Shown piece after piece: positions 13,502-25,988 of a DNA stretch of 64,000 nucleotides. Origin of the DNA: Lama guanicoe (lineage: Eukaryota); assembly GCA_013239625.1 (NCBI GenBank), contig MU054212.1:5366270-5430269 (forward strand), in the 5' to 3' direction. The notes under the pieces are model-generated. The model was given only the letters and a program-made list of their open reading frames with translations. It was not told the DNA's origin and made no database searches. Position numbers and translations under genes: made by a program. Numbering within the stretch: position 1 is the first letter of the stretch; each line of letters begins with the position of its first letter.

Positions 13502-16268
13502 CTCACCTAAGCCAGTTTTGTTTCAAAGAAGTCATCACCATAAATGCTTGTCAAGACAGATCTTTCTTCTCTCTTTAGCAAATTAATCACAGTCATGCAG
13601 TCATCTGTTCACGTATTCATTTACATATTTGTTTTTGAAGATGAGTAGAGCATGATTTCTTCCTTGTAGGCTTCTCTCCCTCTAAACTGGAAGAGGAAAA
13701 CAAACATGTAAAATAAACATGAATAAAATAAGAGAGCTGCTCTTCCAGAAGTAGGTATGAGGTCCAGAGGAGCACATGTGGGGAGCTAGACGTTGGTACT
13801 GCCATGCTGATTCACAGGCTGTTCTCCAGCCTCCCTTTTCTTCTCCCTGTGTGTAAATCCTCCTCATCTGTTAAAGACAAACTTGACATTCATCTCCTCT
13901 GGGGAGTTTCTCCTGGAAAGTCTTCTCACTGTATTTATTTAGATTTTCACTGCCAATTATGAAAATCTTTCTTTACTTTTACTTTTAATTCAAAATATAT
14001 GCCTGCAATAAGCGAAGTATAAAGTGCAGAGTTTCACAGAATTGATTGGGAAATGATATGTATAAGTTAACTATTTCCCTGAATTCCAAAGTAGTCAGTC
14101 TGCAGAACTTTCTGGAATCTATAGAAAAGGCAATAAAAGATTTCAAGATAAAACAGAGCAGGCTCCCTTAGGACAGAGTTCATTATTTTCCAAAGAAAAA
14201 ATAGTATCGATTTCTACAGCTCTGGTAGAATGCTCTGTCTTTTTCCGTGTCTCCAGATAGAGGCAGGGAAGTTCAAGGAAGTTGGGAAAATTACAAAAGT
14301 TAAGTTTCACCTTACCTACAAACTTTTCATTGATCATTCCATTACCAAATTAGTCTGCATACATCAAAATTACACCATTTCATCTTACTCAGAATCAGTG
14401 GAACAAAGTAGGGGCTCAATAAACATGTTAAAAGAAATAATGAATAAAGTAATAGAAAATCTACGGTTTCTTTCCCATTAGAAATTTCAAAATTATACTT
14501 TTCAAAGAGCATTTTTGCATGTATATACTCTGACCATGATGTGTTATAAGGCTTTGCCTCTAAAGTTTTTGGGTTAAGTGAGTTAAACATTAGGGTTGCT
14601 AAAATAAAGCCACATAGACAAATAAGAAGCTACGTCCCATAGATCTGTGAACTTGCTAGCATATCCTAGAAGCAGCAACATACACAGATGGTCTCCTGTG
14701 CACCTTTTCCTGTGGGTAATTACATTTTCAAAAATTATATATTTTAAGTTATTCTGCCCTATTACATTTATAGAATATTTCAGTGGTAATTCTGCAAAGA
14801 GTCATGGCTTAATCACCATTCCTCTATGAAGTTGCTCTAAAATTAATACTGCATTCTGTTCCTATGTGTTCTGGCAGCATTTTGACAATTTGAAGAGAGG
14901 ATATTTAAGAAAATTAGAGATACTCTGTTTCTGATGAACACACTAATCAGTTACTCTTCCCCAGGCACTTACATATAACCTCAAATAAGTAAAAAATTCT
15001 TGGCTTTTTCATTATAGGTGTGGGTAGCAAAAATAGCTTTGAAATAACAAACTGCAGTGAGCTGACTACTCCACCATTAGACTACCATCAGCTATAAGAA
15101 ACGGCAACCCAAGTCTTAACCTCTTACGTTTTCCACTACAGTGAGATTCTTAATGACTGAACAAGAATTTCAATACTTAGTTTGAGCTCTGTAGGATTCT
15201 GAAGTAAATGGAGAATTTAGAGCTGAAGCAGCACAGCAGGATCTGGGATAAAGTAATTGATGGGGGGTGAGAGGCTCAAATCTAATTCTAACATTTGAAT
15301 TCAATGTGATCCTATACTAATCTTTCTCGCAGTTTACTTCTTACTGTTAAATTAACCTAGAAAATCAGTCATTAAATGCAGCAAAGGAAAGGTGCATTTC
15401 TATAGACTCTGGACAAGTTGGCAGTGATTCAGTTCATTAAAGTAACCTTTTTTATACACTTTACATTTATCTTTTTTAGCACATTTATATACGCAAGAAA
15501 AAACATTATTGCTAAGAGCATCTTCAGATGGTGAGATTGTAAATTGGGTGAAAATATTTAATTTACTGGTGCCCAATTCCAGAGAACATGGAAGCAATAT
15601 GATGCAAAGGGATAGGAAAAACGTGAGATAAGGGAAATTTTCTTCATAAAAAAAGCTTTGATCTTTTTTTCCTCTATTTTTTCAGGCCTAGAGGTTGGAA
15701 CACTATGTCTCATTCTTTGACCGACCTCTCTTTCCCACTCAGTGACTAAGCAAGCAAACTCTGCAGGACATGTTTTACAGAATTAGGATAAGAAATGTGA
15801 GAAATAGCAGGCAAAACCCACAAGGAAATTCACTGTATGTCCCCAAGATTTGTCAATCTTGAAAGTGACTACGAATCCTATTAAAGTTTATCAATTCTTT
15901 ATACTAGGAGCCTTTTTGTAGAGAAAGATTTTAGATGGCATCTGAGTATTGCCTAAGTTCTCCCTGTGATCAAAACAAAGATCTTTGAGTGAGGATGCTA
16001 TATAGGAGAGAGGTTAAAAAAAAAAAAAGAGTAAGGTAAAAAGAGAACCAGAGAAAGTTCAAGCTTGGGCATAGTGCCCTCTCTTAGGTAATCACTGTGA
16101 CTGAAATGGAGATAGAAACAATCAGTGTTCAGCTTTTGTACCAAAGTAAAAAATCAAGCCTTTGGGAAATCCTTTAGCTCTTTAAGTTGCAAGAGGCTAG
16201 ATCATTACAGCAAGAGCCAAGTTCTTGGTATTAATATAGGCAGAGATGAAAAAGTGATGGATCAGTTT

Positions 16269-16912
16269 GTGATATCCCCAGGCACCTAAACGTGGTAAAG
16301 ATTTTTGTGGCTTAGAGAGGAGGGAAAAGAGGCAGAATGTGAGAGGCATTGAAGGGGCTTGAGTCTTGCCCCATCTAGCATTAGTTCCAGAGTGTATGTG
16401 CACCTGAGGGGTGGATTGGTCCCACAGATGCTCAGGGGAGACGTTTCTTGCATGCTAAGAAGTGCCTTAGGCAATGTCAAGAGAGTTCCTACTTGCTCTG
16501 ATTGAACATGAGTAGCAACCAACCCACAAGCCTCCTCCATGCTCCTTGGTGGAGAGTGTCAAGGATATGACGGTCATTGCTGGTGGACCTGGAAAGAAAT
16601 GCCTTGTTGGGATTGGAGAATGGGAGGTCCCTTGGCACAAGCCAATGGGAAAGCCTCCAACAGCACTGCTGGGAGTTTCTCACTCTTCCGGATGTGATGA
16701 TATGTACAGTATGTGGAAGGAAAATGTCCCTGGGAAGATGCAGGATTGAGCAAGAATGCTAAACTCTTTTTTCTCATCTCAAATTGACTGAGTTTATATG
16801 GACTGACTAAGGAAGAGTATATTTCCTCCCGAAAAAGTTGAATGGGAACACTTCTAATAAAACAAAGTTACCATTTGGCACACCTGAATCATAGCTTGAA
16901 ATTGTGTTCACA
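16269..16912 (+). mobile_element. Very old LTR, possibly MamGypLTR-like
   Basis: GC-richer block from TG to CA. The 3' end aataaaacaaagttaccatttggcacacctgaatcatagc resembles mammalian Gypsy-type LTR ends (from memory). Confidence 0.4.
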
Positions 16913-17084
16913 GAAATATGTCTCTCTTTTTGTGAGCTTTCAGTTATTTCCTTATGTTGTCTTTTGGGGAACTATAATCTAGTCTTCAGTTTCAGCCTTA
17001 TTAAATTTACCTGTCTTTGTGATGTCTCCAGTGCCTTGAATTATACCTGTGGCATTAAGCTGTCACTCAACAAGTGTATATTAA

Positions 17085-17165
17085 GAAAAGAAAGAAGTAA
17101 AGGAGGAAGGAAAGAAGGGAGAGAGCAATGGAGGGAGAACGGAAGGGAGGAAGGGAGGAATAAAG
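17085..17165 (+). repeat. Purine-rich (GGAA/GGGA) low-complexity tract at an L2 tail
   Basis: aagaaaagaaagaagtaaaggaggaaggaaagaagggagagagc...gggaggaagggaggaa. Confidence 0.8.
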
Positions 17166-17189
17166 GATTACTTGCGTCCCAAAATAAGG

Positions 17190-17400
17190 AAAACCATAGT
17201 TTGAATCTTAGCCTTCCAGTTAAATTACTTTAACTCTGTAAGGCTTATTTTCTTAAATGCAAGATAAAGATACCTCTCTCACTGAATTCTCACGAGAAGT
17301 TAATCAGGTAATGCTTATACAGTCTTTAGTACAGTGCAACATACAAAATCAGCCTTAAATAGATGGTGGTGAATATTACCATTACTGTTTGTATTATTGC
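17190..17400 (+). mobile_element. MIR SINE (degenerate)
   Basis: gtttgaatcttagcc...aaattactttaactctgtaaggcttattttcttaaatgcaaga...tttagtacagtgc. Confidence 0.55.
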
Positions 17401-17539
17401 TAGTAGTGTACACTGCCTGTATCTCACCACTTAGCACTCATTATTTTCTAATTATTTCATATTTATTTATTTACTAATTTAGGCTATAATGGGCTAGATG
17501 CTTGTTACAAAATTTAAAACATTTCATACCCAAACAATG

Positions 17540-17722
17540 AAACAATGAGCTTATTAAGGTAGATACTATTATGATCCCCTTTTACAGATGCGACTACTGG
17601 GGCACAGAGAAATTAAATAACATATTAAAGATTACACAGTGTAGAAGTGGCAGAGCCAGGATTCAAACCCAGGCATTTGGACTCAAGTCCACCCTCTTCG
17701 CACCAAAATCATGATGCCTCTC
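17540..17722 (-). mobile_element. MIR SINE
   Basis: aggtagatactattatgatccccttttacagatg...gcacagagaaattaaataa...agaagtggcagagccaggattcaaacccagg. Confidence 0.9.
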
Positions 17723-18859
17723 AGATACAATCATCTCTTCTCTCCCACTGACTTTCAGTTTGTTGTAAACAAACTCCTTGTTTGAAATCTGCTTTTAAAT
17801 CTCCTTTGGCTTCTAACATAGTCCTGAGAACACTGCTAGTACTTTTTAAGCACTTATTAATTGACTGATATACGCTCATCTATTTCTTTGGCCAGATGAT
17901 GACATTGTTTCCGTTGCAAGGACAAAATGCGTTTGTAGAATTTACGTTTTAAAATATACAAAACCAATCCTTTGCTAGACGCTTAGTCACTGTATATTGA
18001 TATACCTTGTACATTTTTCTGTTTGATTGTGGTTACCATGTTTTCATGGTCAGTGTCAGAAGTTATAGGTATGTGTCTGTATTGACAACTTTGGAAATTC
18101 CAAGTAAACCCGAGACAAGGTCTCACTCATTGCACTCAACACTGAGAAACTAATTTATTATCAGCCAAGATTTTACTAACAGAGATAAAACAAATTAGTA
18201 CTGTCCGACAGTGTGATCTCTATGATGTGTGGACAGCTTTGTACCGTACTGTCTAAAAGAAGTATCTAGCAGCAGACACATGCTGCCAGTTGGGTTGTAT
18301 CTACTGCCATCAGCTGACCAGCTTAAGAATTACTAGCCCAGTTTAGTAATTGGGACCCGAAAGTACTGGGGAAGATATTGAAACTAAAAGTGAAAAACAG
18401 AGATGTATTTTCTACTGTTCAGTGATGGGCCGAAGTCACTAGCTGTATGTATAGCTTTGCAGTTTAGTCACTGAAGAAAGGTCTTCCATCAAATGTTCTG
18501 CTGTGGACTATGGACCATACCCAGCCATAGGCTCCACATTTTTTCCTTAGCTCTCTCCCCAGTTGTGCATTATTCCCTTTATTAATATTCCACTTCTCCT
18601 GTACATTCGGGTATTTACCTGTTCTTTCTCTTCAGTGATATTTATTTATCACAAATTATGACATAAATATAGTCTACACTTGGACTTTGCATCCTAATCA
18701 CTTGCTCTGTCAATTTTCACATTGTGGCATTCTCTTTTAATTACCTATAGGATTCTCTCTGTTCTTCTTGTCTCATCATTTCATGTAATAAAAAAGATAT
18801 TTTGAATATGAACATATTCCAGTAAAAAAGAAAAAAAACTAACTAACCTAATATAGGAG

Positions 18860-19740
18860 TTACTTATAGCTTTACAATGTTGAGAACCTCCGACTACATA
18901 AAAGGAAAGCCAGAGTCACAAGACTAATCTAAATATTAAACTGCTTTTACTAATAAATGAGATAAAAACCAATATCTCACTTAAAAAGAAGGCAAATTAT
19001 ATGAACAAGAATTTCACAAAAAGTAAAAACAAAATGGAAATAAATTTAAAAAGCAATTTTCAGGCTCATTCACCAAAAAGAAATATACGACAAAACAACA
19101 AAAATGTCCCATTTCTAAACTACCAAAATGATATAGGGTAAAATATTTTACAAAACCTTATGTTAGTGAAGCCAGGACAGGATGAATATTATCACCTATT
19201 ATTAATGTGACATGTCTATTTTTGAAAAGCAATTTGGAAGTATTCTTATCACAAATCAACATATCAGCAAGCTCACTTTCGGGATATACCCAGCAGACTT
19301 AAAACTAAAAGGTACAAAGATACAAGTATCTGAAAATTTCTCTAAATATTAAAAATAATGTTAATATTAAGAAGTTGGAGAGAGATCTAATAAGTTATTA
19401 TAAATCTGTAAAATGGAGTATTATGCAGGGATTAAAAAGAATGAGGTAAATTGAAATGAAATGACACAAAGAGCAGATTGTAATAAATGCACAGTAAACA
19501 TAAAATAAAATAGAGGGTAGACCACAGAATAGTGGGTTAAGAATGATTATATTGTACAAAATAAACTATTTATGAATATATGTCCTATCATTTAAAACTG
19601 GCTAGTTCTGGGAAAGGGAAGAGATGATTTTCATCAAGACTGACTTTTTGCACTTTTATTCATATAGTATACCCACTGTATCTTACTATATGTGCTATTG
19701 GTTTGTCATACACTGAAATAAGTATTACTACTTTTTTAAT
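18860..19740 (+). mobile_element. Ancient L1 (L1ME-type) ORF2 end and 3' UTR
   Basis: A-rich, with ggcaaattatatgaacaagaatttcacaaaa, tttttgaaaagcaatttgg and atggagtattatgcagggattaaaaagaatgaggta. Confidence 0.7.
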
Positions 19741-21399
19741 AGGCCATTTAAAATTATTGTAAAGTGTTCAAATATAAAATACCAAGCAGTATAGTAAGAA
19801 TACTGGTCTTGCATGATGTGGTCAAATTTCAATCCCTATACTTATCCAAATACAAAAGCCAGAGTCAAGTGAATTTTAAAATTCAAAACTGGGATAATAC
19901 ACTACTATACTGATGCTTTTACAACTTTATATCAATATCCTAATGCACAAAACAAAAAAATTAAAGAAAAAAGTATTTTGTGTCATGAATATAGAGTGAT
20001 TGTTAGTACTTACGTAATAATAATAGTATTTATAAAGTCTAACTTTTTTAAAGTTGTCAAATGCTCATAATGTGCATTAACATCTTATTTGAGCTTCATA
20101 ACAGCTGTGTAAATTATAGATGAATATAATACAATTTTAATGAAAATTACTCCCAAATTCCCATATTCCACACACATAAACATCTTAGACAGAGACAAAA
20201 TGTTGCATTTAAAAATGCATTGTAAATATAAACTAAAACACAGATTTCAAAATGTACCTGTCTTAAAATTTACCTCACTGAAGATTTAGAATAATAAAAA
20301 GTACCTTATTAGTATATCTTATGTATAATAGCAAACTGTTGCTGTTTAAAACTAATGCTTAGAATTATTCTTATGTGTAAATTAAGTCTAGTTTGCTCCA
20401 CATGCGATGAATTTGTATAAATGAGGGTAAAAACAAAACTCCCTTCTTCCTAATTGCAGCGGTATACAAAGCAGCTACCAGACAAAAGTAGGGCTCACAG
20501 ATGTAACACTGAAGCAAACGTATTTTTTTCTTCCACTATCCCTGCAAACCCTTCCAGTGAGGCTTAATTGTCTCCTTTTCTGGATGAAATCTCGAGCAAG
20601 AGACCACATATTTTTCTGTCATTGTCTGCTTTTATAAAGGCCTCCAGTCACATTAGTCTCTCCAATCACCCAAGAGATCCATTCCAGTAACTGCTGTGTT
20701 CAGGCAAAGTAATAGTCAAAACTTCAATAAAACTCAGAGCTTCTTCCCTCCCTTTTCTTGGGCCTACGGGGGGAAAGAACACTTCAGGTGGAAAGGGACG
20801 AGGAGCTGCCTGTCCCCTCTCCTGATTCTCCTCCTCCTCCCCTTTCACCCTTTTTCTCCAAGGTAGAAGCAGCAAGGAACGGGGAAGTCTTACTTCTGTC
20901 TGTTTTGAGAACATGGTAAGCTGTCCACGGACTCCCTCCCACTTGCCAGACTTTCTTATCCTTCCATCAGACTCACTCCATCATACCTCGTGTCACTCCA
21001 AAGAACTATTGGATAGGAAGCGTATATGTTTCCTTTTAATTTGTCGACTCGAAACGCTTGGCTGGAGATGTGTGATGTTGAGTGTAGTTGGAGGTGCAGT
21101 GCCCAGACAAGGAAGGGGGATCTCTAAACACAGAAACTAAACGAGACTGGTTTGGGAGGATCATTTTCATACACCACTACACCTAAACCAGCACTTATGC
21201 CTAAACTCTGAAAGCTTTCGTAAAAATTTATTAGCCAGTTTAATTGTATCTGTACTACTTCCCAAGCACCCATCATAGTGTTTTAATCTTGGTTGTAATT
21301 ACATTTATGTGTATACACGTATAAATACAATTTATGCACATATATGTGATATGCGATATCTTTAAGCTTTTTGAAAGTAAGTTTAGCATTAGTTCTTAC

Positions 21400-21539
21400 A
21401 TTGAGAGGTATGTAAGAAATTTTTTCAAAGTATTTTCTGGATCAGGGAAGACCCAAGAATAAATTATTTCAGTATTTCTCCTATATATGCATAGATTCAG
21501 CTTATCAGGAACTGAAAAATAACAGCTTAAAAATAACAA
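21400..21539 (-). other. Candidate spliced exon B (112 nt from acceptor at 21511, or 140 nt from acceptor at 21539)
   Basis: Acceptors gttatttttcag|T and gactaattgcttctttttccag|T. Donor AAT|GTAAGA. The 112-nt form is open in the phase left by exon A. Confidence 0.35.
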
Positions 21540-22209
21540 CTGGAAAAAGAAGCAATTAGTCAAGTGAGGAACTTTCAAGTCAAGGTAAATTGACATTGTC
21601 ACTTTATGTTTGTATTATTTATGTTTGTAAAATTTGCTATTTCAAATAAAAGAAATTCAAGTTTCATATTTGTTGGCAAAACTAACATAGGGATGCATAC
21701 AGTATTGCTTGCTTCTGCATCCTTAGTAACCACCGAACTCTACGTTACGTAATCAGTAAGTTCTCCATCCACCCACTGCAGCCAAAGTCTATGTTTATGA
21801 AATTGACACATAGCTTGTCCTGTTCCCCACAGGGGAAAATAGAGATGAGTATCTTATCACTCACTTAATGCCTTAGGAAAATAAAGCGTACATCTCTATT
21901 ACAACTTGGGTGTCACAGAACAAGTATAAACATCTGAATTTAGGATTTCTGCATTCTAAGAGACAAGATTCATTTGATATTTGTCTGACAACCAGTGGGA
22001 AGCAATTCCCTTATTACTGGTTATCAACAGTGGCAAATAGCTTGGTGATGTCAGCGTCTATGCAGTTTGTCTCTCACCAAGACCAAAGTGTTTTAAGAGC
22101 TAGGGTTCATGATGCAGTTTTGAATGAGGAATTATTTAATCTTAATCAAATTTTGGGAAAGCTATAAAATGTTTTTCTAGCCTTACATTTTTAGGAGAGA
22201 TTGTTTGGC

Positions 22210-23040
22210 AAATTTGTTTATTCTACCAAATATGTGCTATGCATCTACTCTGTTCAAGAACTATATACAGTACTCAGGATACAAATATGAGGGTGGGGGA
22301 ACAAGTTTCTACCTTCTAGGACCAAATAGAATGGAGATAGACATGCTGACCAAAAATTAGGATGTAATGTGTTGTAATAATGTTACATACCAAACGCAAG
22401 AAGTCAAGACTGACAGGAGAAAGAGGCACTTGGGTGACTATCAGCAGCAGGCGTGACAGACTAAAGGAATGTCAACTGTAAAGGTGTGAGTCTGATGGGG
22501 TCTGGCAACACTAAGTCATAGAGAAAGGAAAAATGGCATGTTGAGCCAGGTGAGACAGAGCATTTCTGTAAAGTTTATACTAAGAAGAATCTAGTATGTT
22601 ATGCAGGAGTCTAGATTATATTCTCTAAGTTTTTAAAATTGCATTCCCTTTTGTAGATGACCAGTCACCTCTCTGTGTTCGGAAGATCATTCTGGGGATG
22701 GTATTGAGGATGGTCTAGAGATGGATAAACATAGAAGAAGAAAGATAATTAAAGAGAGTAATATAATTATCCAAGTGAGAGGAGTGACGGAGGAGTGGAC
22801 CAAGAAGAACGATGTTTAAGACAGTGAGAAGGTGTTAAGTTTTTGACTCTGGAAGTTAACCAAGAGAATAAACCTAGGGTGAAGTTCCTGTTTCTGGATT
22901 TGGTTAATGGAAGGATGATCTTAACAAAATAAGGGATATAAAATGGAAAATTAGTTTGTTTTGTTTTGTTTTTAGCAAGAGTTTGAGGGGAAGAAAGTTC
23001 TCTTTAGGTTACATTGAATTGGAAGTTCCTATGAAGACTT
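22210..23040 (-). mobile_element. L2 LINE 3' region
   Basis: Reverse tail tttattctaccaaatatgtgctatgcatctactctgttcaagaact, then ggaagatcattctgggga, ataattatccaagtgaga and acattgaattggaagttcctatgaagac. Confidence 0.75.
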
Positions 23041-23505
23041 TTATGGATTTTCCTATTGGAGAAAAAAATTTAAATCTATTTCTCTTTATGTTTTACATGA
23101 TTAGGGGATTTTCATAAAATGCCTGTAAATGGTCAAATAAAGTTGATATCTAACGTTAATAGTATTTAATTAACATTGATATTAGAGCAATTGATCGAGA
23201 AGTTGTATTGGAAGTACAAGTTTAAAAAATATATAAGGTAGTGGTTCTCTACTCTTTAAAAAAGAGAACGTTTATTGATGCCAAATCATCATTTTTAGTA
23301 TCGTACTCTAAGGCTTTGCCTTCAAATGTATTGAAAATGGCTCACCTAATGTACCCATTCACACTTTTCAGTGGAGTCAAGGGGAGGTAGAAGTGAGAAA
23401 ATTCTGTGGCAGTATGAGTCACCGCCATGAGCCAAGTTACAGCAGGGCCAGTCAGAAGCCGACCCAGGCTCTGGAGTGCAGTAAGACAGATGACACTGCA
23501 CTTAC

Positions 23506-23634
23506 CAAAACTCATCTTGAGCAGGATCTTGGATAGGGTTGGCAGGAAGATGTTGGTAAATCATATAAGGTCAGGGTGGTGGTTAATGAGAATCCCATGG
23601 GCCATTCTTGAATAACAACATATGGTGACTAAAT
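23506..23634 (-). other. Candidate first exon A (about 129 nt) ending ATGAGTTTTG|gtaagt
   Basis: Begins at an Inr 30 nt downstream of a TATA box. Donor TTG|GTAAGT at 23506/23505. Contains several upstream ATGs. Confidence 0.5.
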
Positions 23635-23720
23635 GGTTTTTCAGGAAAGGTGGGTCCTTTTATATTCAAGTGCTTCCTGGAAAGGGCCATGCAGTTGCTG
23701 AGACAGAAGTAACTTCCTGG
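23630..23720 (-). promoter_or_regulatory. Candidate TATA/Inr core promoter with STAT (GAS) and ETS motifs
   Basis: On the minus strand: TATAAAAGG at 23664-23656, CCATTT with A at 23634 (30 nt from the first T), TTCCAGGAA at 23682-23674, and CAGGAAGT at 23719-23712. Confidence 0.55.
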
Positions 23721-25384
23721 CTATAATATATGAAACAGCTAATTCTGCCTCCCTGGGTCCTCCCTCTCTGCCTTGGTCTCAACCTCTCCTTTAAGAATTG
23801 TCAAAATTTTATTTGTTGCAAAGGGTGCCAAGTTACTTGGCCTGTGTGAAGCACCCAATTACTAATATACTTCGAGTACCCATGCATTTAATCCACTTAG
23901 CCCAAGAAGATAAATTTAAAATGTTTCCACCCAAAGAAGTCCTTCATGGGCTAAAAGATTTTGTTTTCCCTTCCATTTTTCACTGCTGCTCATTTGCTGT
24001 TATCTATGATGTGCTTGCAGATGATGGGAACACCTCTTCTAGGGTCAGTATGTTTTATACTGGCATGTTTACCTCTAATATCCAAACTTGAACAGGTTTA
24101 TGATTATGAAAAAGAGGCAATATGCTGGGGATATTAGCACATAAATCACTGTCAGGAAACCAATCCTGTGTTTCAAAGCAGCAAAAAGCTTTTAAAGTAT
24201 TGATATGGGTCCAACCAAAAGCATAGGCAGAAATTTTTCTTTTGTTCTAACTGGGTATCTCCCAAGGATGCGGCATTTTTTTAAACCTCAAGAAACTCAG
24301 TTGATTAAACATTCTTATAAATAGGTTCATTTAACAGCCTGTGATTAAAGAAAGACTGTCAAAACTGAAATTCTTTTCTTCCTATGTGTCATTTTATACA
24401 TCATTCTGTAAATTTGAGTTAGAAATGTAAATTGTTCTTTTAGAACTAGAGCACTCAACCGAAACAACAACTACAGCATTTTTCTAAAACAGCAGAGACA
24501 GAAACAATCATTCTAATTCATGTTAAGAATTTAGAAGAAGAGGAAAGATTTATTGTTAAGTTTGGTAGAATTCTAGCGTGCTCGTTATGCTGAGATAGTC
24601 AAATAGCGCGTATGTTTTAGCATCATTCAAAGAGCCTTCATTAATGTGTGTACATTTAACCTATTATTTCATCCTTTAAACTTACGAAGCAAGTTTTGTG
24701 CTGAATGAAATAGTTAAAGAATGATCTCAACGACAGGTTTGAACCTTCAAGTCACAAATGTTTACTTCATTATTAAGACATTTCCACATTTTCTCCCTAG
24801 ATCAGAAGGACAGACTCTAGTGAACAAAGGAGGAGAACATTTTTAAATGTCTAACTAAATTGGCTTTAATCTCTGCAGTTGGAATCAAAAGATTTGAGAC
24901 CTGGTTCTGCAATGGATTGTTTGTGCCTTGAGCTTGAAGGAGCTTTAAATCCTTGGATCTCAGGTTTTCCCAAATAGAAATGAGTGGAAAACAAAACAAA
25001 ACCATTTCTGTGCATCCAGTTTATTCCATTGTGCTATGGTTTTATTACAAAAATAAGTTTAAATAATGAATTTTGTTCTATTTATTTCCCAAAGTCATAT
25101 ACTCTGAGACAACTTCTTAACTTCTTATGATAAAAATATAAATAAAATCAGTTTTAAGTCATATGAAAATTCTCTTTTCTTTCAACAAACAGTCATTATC
25201 CTGTATGATGAAAGTAAAACACTTTGACAATAAAATTACCTTTACCTGGTTAAACACCATGGTGGAACACAAGTGTAGGAAAGAAATCCATAAGGAAAAC
25301 AGTGAAAGAAATAGAAAGGGAAGAAAAGAAATGTTATTTGGAAAGATTTCCCAAACACACGTAATAATACAACAGAGCAGTTAG

Positions 25385-25585
25385 CAGATGACAGAGAGTC
25401 CTGAGTTTAAATTACAGTACCATAAATTGTATAACCTCAATCAGATAAATTATCCATCCCTTTAAACCTCAGTTTTCTAATCTATACAATGGAGATAAAA
25501 AGAAAACAACTCCGAAATTGCTTTGAGGATTAGATGGAATAGTGCATTACAGTTGCTTAGTACAGTGCCCAGCAAGTACTCAACA
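25385..25585 (+). mobile_element. MIR SINE
   Basis: cctcagttttctaatctatacaatggagataa...tgaggattagatgg...gcttagtacagtgcccagca. Confidence 0.8.
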
Positions 25586-25940
25586 GTGAGAATGGATCTC
25601 AAACACACTTGGAGTTTAGTCTTGCTAGAAACCCCAGAAATACTTGAAAATGTAATCTTCAGGTTACTAGTCCCATGGCAAATAGTCAAGAATGAACAAT
25701 GATGGTCTGGTAAAATTTCCTTGCTCGTGGAGACTAGACAGGCAGGTAGCAGCATCTCCAGAGACACTAAAAAGCAAAAGGACCATGAGAGAATGGAGGA
25801 GAGGAAGTTTTTCCATCTGTCAGAATTCTCATCTGTATGAGTCTCACCTGTATGAGTGGTAGCATCAGTAATTCAAGTTTCTGTGGGCAACTCAGGGGTA
25901 ACTGAGAAAGTTGTACCTTCATCTGGAATCATTACACAGC

Positions 25941-25988
25941 CATATATGTATGTACGTATGTATGTGTGTGTGTGTGTGTGTGTATATA
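25941..25988. repeat. (TATG)n/(TG)n microsatellite
   Basis: catatatgtatgtacgtatgtatgtgtgtgtgtgtgtgtgtgtatata. Confidence 0.9.

Noticed and set aside
17190..17722. Oppositely oriented MIR pair as a potential dsRNA
   Set aside because: The copies are too diverged to form a stable duplex.
20863..20915. Plus-strand 53-nt exon-like unit (long pyrimidine tract, AAG|G ... ATG|GTAAGC)
   Set aside because: Good signals, but no partner exons or promoter found on the plus strand. Such pseudo-exons are common, which is also a caution for the minus-strand candidates.
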